From NCBI GenBank assembly GCA_902609285.1, contig CACLRL010000001.1:15636-79635 (forward strand): a DNA stretch of 64,000 nt. The letters run 5' to 3'. The first letter of the stretch is position 1. The number at the start of each line of letters is the position of its first letter. Origin of the DNA: an uncultured Candidatus Actinomarina sp. GTDB lineage: Bacteria; Actinomycetota; Acidimicrobiia; Actinomarinales; Actinomarinaceae. Positions 42,662 through 52,245 of this stretch are shown here, piece by piece. Made by a program: the position numbers and the translations under genes. The notes beneath the pieces were generated by a model, which was not told where the DNA came from, ran no database searches, and saw nothing but the letters and a program-made list of their open reading frames with translations.

Positions 42662-43428
42662 TGTCAGACAAATGGGTAGAGGTTGAAGCAAAAACCATTG
42701 ATGATGCAATAAAAGCAGGTTTAAAAGAACTTAATCTCGAAGACGCAACTGAGGCGAACATAAGCATTTTACGAGAGCCAGAAGGAGGAGTTTTTGGAGT
42801 TGGGGGAACAAAAGCATTAGTTAGAATATCAGTAAGGTCTGGATTTAAAAACAACTCTAGGTCATATAAGTCAAGAAACAAAAGAGATACAAGAGATAAT
42901 AGAGACTCAAGAAAACGAGAAAAAAGAAACTTTGAACCAAAAAAACCAAGAGTTGAAGCGGACCCAAAAGAACAATTAAAAGTATCAATAGATTTTCTAC
43001 AAGGATTAATTGATTCATTTGGTTTGGACGGAAAGGTCGAAGGAGAATTAGAAGAAAAAAATCTTGTAGTAAACATAAAAGGTGAACAAACAGAGGCCCT
43101 AGTTGGAGAAAAGGGAATGATCATACGCTCCTTACACGAGTTAACAAGAACCGCAGTCCAACGAAAAACTGGAGCAGGAACTAGATTAAGGCTCGATGTA
43201 GCTGATTACGCTTTAAAAAGAAAAGAAGCATTAACAATATATGCAGAGAGACTTACAAAACAAATTCTAGAAGACAAGCAAGAAGTAATGCTAGAGCCAA
43301 TGAACTCAGTAGACAGGAAAACCCTTCACGACGCAGTTAGTGAAATTGATGGGATAAGATCTTATTCGGAAGGAAGAGAACCCTATAGGTCTGTAGTTTT
43401 TGCTCCAAGCAACACTGAAGAAGAATGA
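42661..43428 (+). CDS. jag: Jag/KhpB-type RNA-binding protein (Jag_N, KH, R3H)
   Basis: Synteny after yidC, a KH-like core and a C-terminal R3H (LEPMNSVDRKTLHDAV). Confidence 0.8.
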   Translation: MSDKWVEVEAKTIDDAIKAGLKELNLEDATEANISILREPEGGVFGVGGTKALVRISVRSGFKNNSRSYKSRNKRDTRDNRDSRKREKRNFEPKKPRVEADPKEQLKVSIDFLQGLIDSFGLDGKVEGELEEKNLVVNIKGEQTEALVGEKGMIIRSLHELTRTAVQRKTGAGTRLRLDVADYALKRKEALTIYAERLTKQILEDKQEVMLEPMNSVDRKTLHDAVSEIDGIRSYSEGREPYRSVVFAPSNTEEE

Positions 43429-44039
43429 CTTTCGAACCCCAAATGCCTAACTGGGGTTTAATTGAATTTGAACAACATAAAGAAAAACTTGTAAACTATC
43501 ACGACTGGTTATATACAACCGGAATAAAAACCGGATTAATAAGCAAAAAACCCAAACAGTTTATCTGGGATGAATTTATAGTTCACTCTCTGTATTTTCA
43601 TCATCTAATAAAAAAATATAATTTCAAATCAAAAGAGATTTATGATCTAGGTACCGGTGGAGGAATACCAGGAGTACCAATATCAATTGTTAACAAAAGA
43701 AAAGTAAATCTTATTGATAATAAAAAAACAAGAATTTATGAGCTTCAAAGGCTTGTAAAGACCCACAATTTTGAAAATGCGATTCCAAAAGAAGAAGATG
43801 CGAACTTCACACTTAAAAACTTAGAAAAAACAATAGTTGTTATGAGGTGCTATGTTTCTACGTTAAATATTGTGAAAATAATGCAAAAATATAAGCTTGA
43901 AAACAGAAATATAATTTTTTTGGTTTCTTCAAGCTCTGAAAACAAAAAAGAGCTTAAAAGTTTGTTTCACGTGAAACAAGAAAAGTTTCTTATAAATAAA
44001 AATAATTTTCGTACTATTGATGTTATAACTGATATGTGA
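43425..44039 (+). CDS. rsmG: 16S rRNA (guanine527-N7)-methyltransferase
   Basis: SAM motif DLGTGGGIPGVP and synteny. ATGA overlap with jag. Confidence 0.8.
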   Translation: MTFEPQMPNWGLIEFEQHKEKLVNYHDWLYTTGIKTGLISKKPKQFIWDEFIVHSLYFHHLIKKYNFKSKEIYDLGTGGGIPGVPISIVNKRKVNLIDNKKTRIYELQRLVKTHNFENAIPKEEDANFTLKNLEKTIVVMRCYVSTLNIVKIMQKYKLENRNIIFLVSSSSENKKELKSLFHVKQEKFLINKNNFRTIDVITDM

Positions 44040-44809
44040 AATCTTTATCAATAATTTGCCAAAAAGGTGGGGTTGGAAAAACTACAATTGTTGTAAACAT
44101 TGGTAAAATATTTGCAATAAATGGTATAAAAACCTTGATTGTAGATCTTGATCCTCAAGGAAACACATCAACATATCTAGATTTTGATAAAAATAATGAA
44201 CTTATTTTAACTTCACAAGATTTAATGAGTGGAAACAAATCAAAAGAAATAGGCTATCTTCACGAAAATATGGCAATAATTCCATCAAACCAATCAATTT
44301 TAAAATTTAATAATGAAAAAATACTTGGAGGTTCGGTATTAAAGAAAACAATTGATTCCTTTGAGTTCAGAGATTTTGATGTTATTTTGTTTGATACACC
44401 CCCCACAATGAGTTCACTAGTTCAAGAAGCCTTATCCGCATCAGACTTTTACTTGATTCCAACAAAACCAGAATTTTTAGCTATTGAAGGCGTATCCCAA
44501 GCGATGAATTTTGCAAAGAAATCTATTTCTAATCAGATAAACATAAATCCAGTATTTTTGGGTGTCATATTAAACCAAGTAGACACTAGAAGATCTAGCT
44601 ACGTAGATTTTGAAAATGAACTTTCCTACTTACTCGCTGATAAATTACTCGAAACAAAAATATCTAATTCTGTTGATATAGCCGATAGTCCCTATCACTT
44701 GAAAACAGTTGAAGATTTTAAAGATGACAGTAAGTCAAAAATAGAATTTTATCAACTAGCAAACGAAATATTAGAAAGGATGAACATAAATGAAAAGATC
44801 ACTCAGTAG
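44036..44809 (+). CDS. parA: chromosome partitioning ATPase ParA (Soj)
   Basis: Deviant Walker A QKGGVGKTT. GTGA overlap with rsmG. Confidence 0.85.
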   Translation: MKSLSIICQKGGVGKTTIVVNIGKIFAINGIKTLIVDLDPQGNTSTYLDFDKNNELILTSQDLMSGNKSKEIGYLHENMAIIPSNQSILKFNNEKILGGSVLKKTIDSFEFRDFDVILFDTPPTMSSLVQEALSASDFYLIPTKPEFLAIEGVSQAMNFAKKSISNQININPVFLGVILNQVDTRRSSYVDFENELSYLLADKLLETKISNSVDIADSPYHLKTVEDFKDDSKSKIEFYQLANEILERMNINEKITQ

Positions 44810-45587
44810 TCTCATTACTGACACAAACGTCAGAGACTACGAAGTTAAAGAAATAAACATAAATATTATTTATGAAAGCGACTCCCAGGCTCGAAAAATC
44901 TTTGACAAAAATAAATTAGAAGAATTAAAAAGTTCAATACAGAAAAATGGTTTGCTACAACCAATTATTGTTCAAGAAATAGAGCCAAATAAATATAGAT
45001 TGATTGCAGGAGAGAGAAGATTAAGAGCATCGAAGCTTGCAGGTCTTAATAAAATACCCTGCTTGGTGAAAGATGTTGGTGAGAGAGATGCAGCGATTTT
45101 AGGCCTGATTGAAAACATACAAAGAGAAAGATTAAATCATATTGAAGAAGCAATGGCCTATAAAGAAATTACTGAAAAATTCAGCTTAAGTCCGGAAGAA
45201 ATAGGTCAACTTATTGGAAAAAGCCGAGCTCACGTTTCAAACATTTTAAGATTAACCAATCTTAGTGAAAAAGTCTATGGAGCCCTAAAAGATCAGACTG
45301 TTTCAATGGGCCAGGTAAGGCCGTTGATAAATTTAGATTCTGAAATACAAGATAATATTTTAAATGAAATAATTAGTCAAAAACTATCAAGCAGGGCAGT
45401 AGAAGATAAAGTTAGAAATCTAAATTTAGATTCTTATTCAGATGAAGAGGTATCTCATTATAGAAATTTTTTCGAAGACAAAACAGGTTCAAAAGTAAAA
45501 ATAACTAAGAACATTGATAAATATAAACTTTTCTTAACTTTTGATTCAAAAGAAAACTTAGATGATTTTATTTCTAAATTAAGTTAA
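44790..45587 (+). CDS. parB: chromosome partitioning protein ParB (Spo0J)
   Basis: ParB box GERRLRAS and HTH region. It overlaps parA by 20 nt. Confidence 0.85.
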   Translation: MKRSLSSLITDTNVRDYEVKEININIIYESDSQARKIFDKNKLEELKSSIQKNGLLQPIIVQEIEPNKYRLIAGERRLRASKLAGLNKIPCLVKDVGERDAAILGLIENIQRERLNHIEEAMAYKEITEKFSLSPEEIGQLIGKSRAHVSNILRLTNLSEKVYGALKDQTVSMGQVRPLINLDSEIQDNILNEIISQKLSSRAVEDKVRNLNLDSYSDEEVSHYRNFFEDKTGSKVKITKNIDKYKLFLTFDSKENLDDFISKLS

Positions 45588-46552
45588 TTTTCAAATTGCT
45601 TATTTAGAGTATTAACAACACTCTCAAGAATTAATTCAATATAATTTTTTTGGTAAAATTTACCATTAATAATTATTCCTACTGATTTTGTTTGTTTCAA
45701 AATAATTGAGGACTTTCCGATTGATTTTACTTTCAGAGTTGATGCCAAGTTTTCAGCTAGTTTTTTACCCAAAAGGCTTTCAGAAAAAGTTCCTTGGAAG
45801 TAATTAATTGAATCATTAACTTTAGGGTTAAAAGATATAAACAAAGTTGGTTGTAGGTTATTTATATATTCAATTTTATTATTTAGATCCAATTCCTCAC
45901 TAACTTCTGAAGCAAAAACTGCTACAACACCTTTTTCAATAGAATTTTTCTTAACTTGGTCATAAAATTTAAATTGTTCTTTGTAACTTCCAGAATTTGG
46001 GATATCAAAACATATATTAAAACCAATGATCCCAGTATCTAATCCTGGAGAAATAGATTTTATTGCTTCGTTTAAAGATATGTCCCGCCCTGGTCTTATT
46101 AGTTTTTTAATTTCGTAAACAGTGTTAAGACCAACCACACCATCAATTGTTATACCCCTATTCTCCTGAAACCTCGTAACACCTTCAACAACAGATTTTG
46201 TATACTTTCCGTTTATGGGCTCAGAATAAAAACCCATTCTTGAAAGAAGCTCTTGTAATTCTTCAACGTCTGATCCATACAAAATTTTATTATTAAAACT
46301 AAGAATTCTATCTCCGAGTTTGTATCCAAAATTTATTAATTCCGCCCAAAAATCTTCTTTACTATTTATATCTCCAAGACTGTTATCCTCGATAAAAACT
46401 CCTACTACAGCCTTTAGTTCATTGATATTCTCATTGGTTGAGTAGCCAACATAATTTAATTTTGTTTTTAAATCATCAACTTCATCTTTTGATAAATTAT
46501 CTACAAAAGTTGAAAAATCAAAATTAATTTTCAAGCCATCTCTCAGCATCAA
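45584..46552 (-). CDS. CwlM-like protein: two PG_binding_1-like repeats + degenerate amidase_3 domain
   Basis: VEELQELLSRMGFY...TRFQENRGITIDGVVG is a PG-binding repeat. It sits next to trxB as in mycobacterial cwlM. Where amidase_3 has DPGHGG and SIHxN, this protein reads FDIPNSG and ISFNPK. Confidence 0.65.
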   Translation of the reverse strand: MMLRDGLKINFDFSTFVDNLSKDEVDDLKTKLNYVGYSTNENINELKAVVGVFIEDNSLGDINSKEDFWAELINFGYKLGDRILSFNNKILYGSDVEELQELLSRMGFYSEPINGKYTKSVVEGVTRFQENRGITIDGVVGLNTVYEIKKLIRPGRDISLNEAIKSISPGLDTGIIGFNICFDIPNSGSYKEQFKFYDQVKKNSIEKGVVAVFASEVSEELDLNNKIEYINNLQPTLFISFNPKVNDSINYFQGTFSESLLGKKLAENLASTLKVKSIGKSSIILKQTKSVGIIINGKFYQKNYIELILESVVNTLNKQFEN

Positions 46553-47438
46553 TTGCTGCTTGACATCCAGTGCCAGCTGCAGTTACTGCTTGCCTGTAGA
46601 CAGAATCAGCGACATCCCCAGAAGCAAACACCCCAGACATGCTTGTACTTGTAGAACTTGTGAAGCCAGTCTTTATATATCCTTTTTCATCTAACTCAAC
46701 AAAACCATTAAGAAACTCAACATTTGGGGTGTGGCCTATAGCTATGAAAACACCATCAATCTCTTTTTCTTCCTCTTCCTTTGAGTTGCTGTCTTTTAGA
46801 ATCACTGAAGATACTTGTTTGTCACCTTTAATTTCAATTACTTCTTTGTTCCAAGCAACTTCAATTTGTTCGTGGTTCAGAACCCTTTCTTGCATTATCT
46901 TGCTTGCTCTAAACTTATCTCTACGATGAACAACTGTAACTTTTTTTGCAAATTTTGTTAAAAATAGAGATTCTTCCATCGCAGAGTCGCCGCCTCCAAC
47001 TACTATTACATTTTTATCTTTAAAGAAAAAACCATCACAAGTTGCACAAGCTGAAACACCATAACCTTGTAATTCTTTTTCACCCTTGACTCCGAGCCAA
47101 TTTGCGGAAGCTCCTGAAGATATTATTACTGATTTAAACTCATATGTATCTTTTGACGTCGTTAGCTTAAAACCTTCCTGAATTTTTTCAATTTTATTGA
47201 CTGTCTCAGTTAAAATTTTTGTTCCAAATCTTTCAGCTTGTTTCTTAAAAACTTGCATCATTTCAGGCCCCATAATGCCTTCATCAAAACCTGGATAATT
47301 CTCAACATCAGTTGTTAACATTAATTGACCACCTGATTCTAAACCCTCAAAAAGCACTGGTTTAAGGTTTGCCCTACCAGCATAAATTCCTGCCGTATAA
47401 CCAGCAGGACCTGAACCAATTATTGCTAGATCATCCAT
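46524..47438 (-). CDS. trxB: thioredoxin-disulfide reductase
   Basis: GSGPAGYTAG, redox-active CATCDG and GGGDSAMEE. Confidence 0.9.
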   Translation of the reverse strand: MDDLAIIGSGPAGYTAGIYAGRANLKPVLFEGLESGGQLMLTTDVENYPGFDEGIMGPEMMQVFKKQAERFGTKILTETVNKIEKIQEGFKLTTSKDTYEFKSVIISSGASANWLGVKGEKELQGYGVSACATCDGFFFKDKNVIVVGGGDSAMEESLFLTKFAKKVTVVHRRDKFRASKIMQERVLNHEQIEVAWNKEVIEIKGDKQVSSVILKDSNSKEEEEKEIDGVFIAIGHTPNVEFLNGFVELDEKGYIKTGFTSSTSTSMSGVFASGDVADSVYRQAVTAAGTGCQAAIDAERWLEN

Positions 47439-47715
47439 TCTTTTTCTTTCTATAACTATTTAGTGACAATATCATAAATACTAATCCCAATGCACCCATT
47501 GCAAACCCAGTCGGGTTAACACCTAATAAGAGACCAAGCCCTTGCATAATTTTTAATATTCCTGAAAATAAAAATATTACTGCAGTTATTAATAATACAA
47601 CAAGAAGTAAACCCAATGATGCAAAACCAGTCAACCTCTTTACTGGACGAACAATTAAGTCTTTAACACTTTTAATAAGGCTTTCAACTGATTCTATAAA
47701 GCTGTCTTCTTCCAT
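47431..47715 (-). CDS. hypothetical two-TM membrane protein
   Basis: 94 aa with two long hydrophobic helices. It overlaps the trxB start by 8 nt. Confidence 0.45.
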   Translation of the reverse strand: MEEDSFIESVESLIKSVKDLIVRPVKRLTGFASLGLLLVVLLITAVIFLFSGILKIMQGLGLLLGVNPTGFAMGALGLVFMILSLNSYRKKKNG

Positions 47716-47743
47716 AAGTTAATCATAAGCTATGTAAATCTAT

Positions 47744-48451
47744 TCATGAAGTTTTCATGATTACAAGCTTCCTTGGGGAAACCTCAAAATTATTTTTTTT
47801 GTAAAGACTTAAGGCAACATTGTTATCTTTTTGAGTATTGAGTTTCATATTTATAAACCTTTTATCAATTGAAAAGTTTATAACAGCTTTTAATAGCATA
47901 TTTCCAAGTCCCAATCCTTGGGAGTCTTTTTTCACACCTATACGCTGAAGATATGTAAATTTTCTTGTTTCACCAAGTATTGCATAACCACTTGGAGATT
48001 CCTTCGTTCCTATTTTAAAAAGATAATTATTATTACAGCTTTTCATTGTTTCTACAAAACTACTCAAAGAATTTCTCCAATAAGGTTCAAATATCTTATG
48101 ATCTAAATTAAGTAAATCCTTTATATCGTCATAGTGAAATTTTTTAATTTGTACTCTTTCCTCAAGCGTTTGTGTTTTTTTAGTTAGGCTCTTTAAATTT
48201 AAAACACAAATGTTCAACGTATGACTTTTTTCCCACCCAGAACTTAACCAAGATCTTGATAGATTTTCGTTTATCATAGAGGAGCTAAAACTAATATTTT
48301 TATTTTCTGCTATTTTTTTTATTTTCTTTAATAAACTTCCACCACCATAAATTTTTTCAAATAATATATCATCAACAAAGCCATTCAATTTCCTTGTATA
48401 AAAAACCCCGTTATAAAAATAATGAACTTTTTTATGTTCTGTTGAATACAT
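47744..48451 (-). CDS. GNAT-family N-acetyltransferase (C-terminal domain)
   Basis: Acetyl-CoA binding block RIGVKKDSQGLGLGNMLL. Confidence 0.6.
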   Translation of the reverse strand: MYSTEHKKVHYFYNGVFYTRKLNGFVDDILFEKIYGGGSLLKKIKKIAENKNISFSSSMINENLSRSWLSSGWEKSHTLNICVLNLKSLTKKTQTLEERVQIKKFHYDDIKDLLNLDHKIFEPYWRNSLSSFVETMKSCNNNYLFKIGTKESPSGYAILGETRKFTYLQRIGVKKDSQGLGLGNMLLKAVINFSIDKRFINMKLNTQKDNNVALSLYKKNNFEVSPRKLVIMKTS

Positions 48452-48866
48452 ATTTTAAAATTTTTTTATCTTCTTCATAAGCTAAAAGACCGAGTGCCTC
48501 TTCATAGGGAACTATTGCAATTTCCTCAATTTCTTGATCTGGCTCTTTTCTATAACTTTCAATTACCTTCATTTCAAAAAACCAAACTGTTTTTTGAATA
48601 GCTTTCCCGTTTTTCATAACTTCATATCTTGATTCTGCCATTGGCTTTGTTCCAATTGAGGTAACTTTAAAACCTGTTTCTTCAAAAACCTCTCTCTCCG
48701 CCGCTTTGATTGGTGATTCTTTTTCATTTAGATGGCCTTTTGGATACCCCCAAAAACCTGAACTGTAATCGTCTTTATATTCTTCACTTAATTTATTTTT
48801 TACCAGTAAAATTTTGTTGTTTATTAAAACAATCCCACCTGCTGCAAAATCAACTTCTGAATTCAT
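48432..48866 (-). CDS. NUDIX hydrolase
   Basis: Nudix box GHLNEKESPIKAAEREVFEETGF. Confidence 0.8.
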   Translation of the reverse strand: MNSEVDFAAGGIVLINNKILLVKNKLSEEYKDDYSSGFWGYPKGHLNEKESPIKAAEREVFEETGFKVTSIGTKPMAESRYEVMKNGKAIQKTVWFFEMKVIESYRKEPDQEIEEIAIVPYEEALGLLAYEEDKKILKYVFNRT

Positions 48867-48902
48867 ACTTTATTGTTTTTTTAGTTATTCTAAGCTAACA
48901 AT

Positions 48903-50276
48903 ATGGTACCAACAACACTATTAAACCGTATAAATGAATATCCATTTTTGGATCAACTATCTTCAATTTATGAAGAAAAAGAGTTCAAGTTTTTTCTTGT
49001 TGGAGGAGCTGTTAGGGATTTCATTTTAGATATTGATACCACAGATTTCGACTTTACAACAAACGCATCTCCTGAAGAATCATTAAAGCTTCTTAACGAA
49101 AATGGTTTCAAGACAACAAAAATAGGAATAAAATATGGCACAATTGAAGCTTTAACAGGTAAATATACGGCACACATAACACAATTTAGAAGCGATGCAT
49201 ATGATAAAGACTCTAGAAAGCCAAATATTGATAAAACTGAAGACATAGAACAAGATTTGATTCGTAGAGATTTTACTTTAAATTCCATAGCTTTTGACAT
49301 AAAAGAAAAAGAACTTATAGATCCTTACAATGGACTAAAAGATCTTTCAGAAGGATTATTAAAAACTCCAACCGACCCAAACATATCATTTTCTGAAGAC
49401 CCGTTAAGAATGATAAGGTTATGTCGTTTTATTAGTTCTCATGGTTTTGCGCCAGATAAGAATACTTTTAAATCCATTCAAGAAAATATACATAGAGTAG
49501 AAATTGTTAGTAAAGAAAGAGTAAGAGACGAATTCTCTAAATTAGTAGTTGGCAAGAATGTTTCAATGGGAATTAGATCCTTAGTTGAAAGTAATTTAAT
49601 TGACTTTATTATTCCAGAGATCAGAGAATTAAAAATGGAGGTGGACCCACATCATCACCATAAAGATGTTTATGAACACACATTGCAGGTTACAACAAAC
49701 GTATCACAAGACCTTATATTGCGTCTTGCAGCAATACTTCATGATATTGGAAAACCAGCAACTAAAGGAATAGACAACGGAAAAGTTCATTTCAGGCACC
49801 ATGAAGTCGTCGGTGCAAGAATGACTAAAGAAATTCTTTCAAAATTAAAATACCCAAAAAATACGATAGCTGATGTTGCTTCACTAGTCGAAAACCACTT
49901 AAGACCACATACTTACAAGATGGGATGGACAGATTCTGCCGTTCGAAGGTACATAATTGACGCTGGAAACACACTTGATAAGCTAAACGAGCTTGTTCGA
50001 GCGGATGTTACAACAAAAAATAATGAAAAAGCAGAAAAAATATATGAGTATTTGGACGACCTAGAGAGAAGAATAGGAGAAGTTAAAGCAAATGAAGAGC
50101 TAAATAAATTAAGGCCTCCAGTAAACGGTAATGAAATTATGAAAATTTTAAACATTGAGCCTGGACCAATATTAGGAAGAATTATGGAATCTCTTTACAA
50201 CCAAAGGATAAATGAGGGAGAAGTTTCTAAAGAGGAAGCCATAGAGTTAGCCAAGAAAGTTTACAAAGATTTGTAA
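48903..50276 (+). CDS. cca: CCA-adding enzyme / poly(A) polymerase-family tRNA nucleotidyltransferase with HD domain
   Basis: GGAVRD head-domain motif, RDFTLN and an HD region (HHHKDVYEHT...LHDIGK). Confidence 0.85.
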   Translation: MVPTTLLNRINEYPFLDQLSSIYEEKEFKFFLVGGAVRDFILDIDTTDFDFTTNASPEESLKLLNENGFKTTKIGIKYGTIEALTGKYTAHITQFRSDAYDKDSRKPNIDKTEDIEQDLIRRDFTLNSIAFDIKEKELIDPYNGLKDLSEGLLKTPTDPNISFSEDPLRMIRLCRFISSHGFAPDKNTFKSIQENIHRVEIVSKERVRDEFSKLVVGKNVSMGIRSLVESNLIDFIIPEIRELKMEVDPHHHHKDVYEHTLQVTTNVSQDLILRLAAILHDIGKPATKGIDNGKVHFRHHEVVGARMTKEILSKLKYPKNTIADVASLVENHLRPHTYKMGWTDSAVRRYIIDAGNTLDKLNELVRADVTTKNNEKAEKIYEYLDDLERRIGEVKANEELNKLRPPVNGNEIMKILNIEPGPILGRIMESLYNQRINEGEVSKEEAIELAKKVYKDL

Positions 50277-50313
50277 TTGTATAAAAATACAAATTAATGT
50301 ATATTTATACAAT
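50277..50313. promoter_or_regulatory. two adjacent ARG-box-like AT-rich palindromes upstream of argR
   Basis: TTGTATAAAAATACAA (50277..50292) and AATGTATATTTATACAAT (50296..50313) are separated by 3 nt. They resemble tandem 18-bp ARG boxes (TGTATA/TATACA half-sites vs TGAATA/TATTCA). Confidence 0.45.
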
Positions 50314-50773
50314 GGGAAAATCTACAATTCAAAGACAAAAAATAATTGCTGATTTAATTGACGAAGGGAAAATAACCTCTCAAAATCAATTAAAAGGTAT
50401 ATTAAATAAAAAAGGAATTCCAATAACACAAGCCACACTCTCTAGAGATCTTACAGAAATTGGAGCAAGTAAAAAAAGAGATTCAAATAACGATCTAAAA
50501 TATATATTGCCCAAAGACGACATTAACAATGCTCAAAAATCTATTTCTAAAAAGGCGTTAAAAGATTTTGTTTTAAGCGTTGAAGCTGTACATAATCAAA
50601 TAATTGTTAAGACTACAACAGCGGCAGCCCAGGTAATTGCCGAATCAATAGATAATTTATTTTTCGAGGGAATTGCTGCATCAATTGCGGGTGACAACGT
50701 TGTTTTAATTGTTTGTTATGGAAACAAGGAAGCTCTAGGAATATCAAAACTTTTAGATTCTTATCTGAACTAA
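50312..50773 (+). CDS. argR: arginine repressor
   Basis: N-terminal wHTH (SQNQLKGILNKKGIPITQATLSRDLTEIG) and a C-terminal oligomerisation/Arg-binding domain (GTIAGDN-like ASIAGDNVVLIV). The start at ATG 50312 (MGKST) is preferred over 50297, which lies inside the palindrome. Confidence 0.8.
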   Translation: MGKSTIQRQKIIADLIDEGKITSQNQLKGILNKKGIPITQATLSRDLTEIGASKKRDSNNDLKYILPKDDINNAQKSISKKALKDFVLSVEAVHNQIIVKTTTAAAQVIAESIDNLFFEGIAASIAGDNVVLIVCYGNKEALGISKLLDSYLN

Positions 50774-50818
50774 AAATAAATTAGCCATTTTATATAAACC
50801 TAGATTATTCTTATTTGA

Positions 50819-52243
50819 ATGATGGAATTGTCTAAATTAAATAGAGAAAATATTGCTAAAAAAATTGGCCATGGGGCAGTTCTTCTTCATGGGAGTAATA
50901 CTATCTTCAGAAATAATGATGTTGCTTATGATTTTCGACAGGATTCTAATTTTCACTATTTAACTGAATGGCCAGAACCAAACGCTCACGCAATCATTAT
51001 CGTGCAAAACAATAAATCAGCTTTATACCTCTTTGTACAAGGAAGAAATGAAGAAATGGAAACTTGGGAGGGTAAAAGACTTGGACCAGAAGGAGCAAAA
51101 CAACGGTTTGGAGCAGAAGAAGCATTTTTATATGAAGAATATGAGAGCTTAGCGCCAAAATTATTATCCGGAATTGAAGATATTTATTGTGACTACACAA
51201 GCGCTGCGTTTGAAAAATATGACAAGAAATTAATTAACACAGCAATTCCATACGATCAAAGAGGGTCAAGTTTTAGTAAGGCTACACTGAACTCTCTTTC
51301 ACCTTTACTTTCTGAACTTCGTTTAATTAAAAGCTCTGAAGAACTCGAGAATCTTAAAAGAGCTTGCGATATTACTGTTGAAGGACATAAATCCGCTATG
51401 GAATTTACAAAGAAGGATATGTATGAATACCAGATAGAGGCTGAGATGGAAAAAACTTTTTATGATTTAGGAGCTGAAAGGTTAGGATACCCCTCTATTG
51501 TTGCCTCCGGAGATAATGCTTGCATATTACATTACTCAACCAACAGAGAAAAAGTTCACAACAATGGTCTTATATTAATAGATGCAGCAGCAGAGTTTAA
51601 AATGTATTCATCTGATGTCACAAGAACTTTTCCTGTAAACGGAAAATTTACAAAAGTCCAAAAAGATGTTTATACAGAAGTATTAAAAGCTCAAGAAATG
51701 GGCATTAAGAATGTCACAACTAAAAAAACAATGTCAGATATTCACACTTCAACTGTAGCCTCAATTTCTCAATCATTGGTTGATCTTGGTTTAGTACCTA
51801 TGGGAGTAGAAGAAACAATTTCAATGATGCATTATTTTGAATTTTTTATGCACGGTACAGGTCATTGGCTTGGATTAGATGTGCATGATGCAGGTACTAC
51901 GGAAGAAAAAAACAAACCAAGAAAATTAAAGCCGGGAATGGTTACAACTATTGAACCGGGAATTTATATTCGCCCAAACAAACCTGAAATCGAGTTTAAA
52001 TTACTTGAAAGGGACCCCAAAAAAATTAGAGAAAGAAGAAAATCACTTGGGATGGAGAAAGCAACAAAACTTGAAAGTGAAGAGATGAAAGATGCTAAAA
52101 GTATTAAGCACAAAATACCTAAAGACCTTCTAGGTATTGGAATAAGAATTGAAGATGATATTGTTTGTACAGAAAATGACCCAATAAATCTAACCATTGG
52201 GGCACCAAAAACAATTGACGATGTTGAAGCAATTTGTAGTTAA
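50819..52243 (+). CDS. pepP: Xaa-Pro aminopeptidase (M24B) with AMP_N domain
   Basis: Metal-ligand blocks IDAAAEF..YSSDVTRT, HGTGHWLGLDVHD, TIEPGIY and IRIEDD. Confidence 0.85.
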   Translation: MMELSKLNRENIAKKIGHGAVLLHGSNTIFRNNDVAYDFRQDSNFHYLTEWPEPNAHAIIIVQNNKSALYLFVQGRNEEMETWEGKRLGPEGAKQRFGAEEAFLYEEYESLAPKLLSGIEDIYCDYTSAAFEKYDKKLINTAIPYDQRGSSFSKATLNSLSPLLSELRLIKSSEELENLKRACDITVEGHKSAMEFTKKDMYEYQIEAEMEKTFYDLGAERLGYPSIVASGDNACILHYSTNREKVHNNGLILIDAAAEFKMYSSDVTRTFPVNGKFTKVQKDVYTEVLKAQEMGIKNVTTKKTMSDIHTSTVASISQSLVDLGLVPMGVEETISMMHYFEFFMHGTGHWLGLDVHDAGTTEEKNKPRKLKPGMVTTIEPGIYIRPNKPEIEFKLLERDPKKIRERRKSLGMEKATKLESEEMKDAKSIKHKIPKDLLGIGIRIEDDIVCTENDPINLTIGAPKTIDDVEAICS

Positions 52244-52245
52244 TA

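Noticed and set aside
42534-43124. 196-aa minus-strand ORF, together with many similar 60-120-aa ORFs in the track. Examples are 196..378, 2473..2730, 3671..3988, 20054..20383, 28774..29088, 30922..31227, 33691..33927, 38470..38766, 39154..39510 and 63573..63767.
   Set aside because: These lie entirely antisense to, or out of frame within, strongly supported genes (jag, sdhA-like, mgtE, lipoproteins, aldolase, gyrA, dnaN, ABC ATPase). Their composition is low-complexity and Ser/Phe/Leu/Ile-rich, typical of shadow ORFs in AT-rich DNA.
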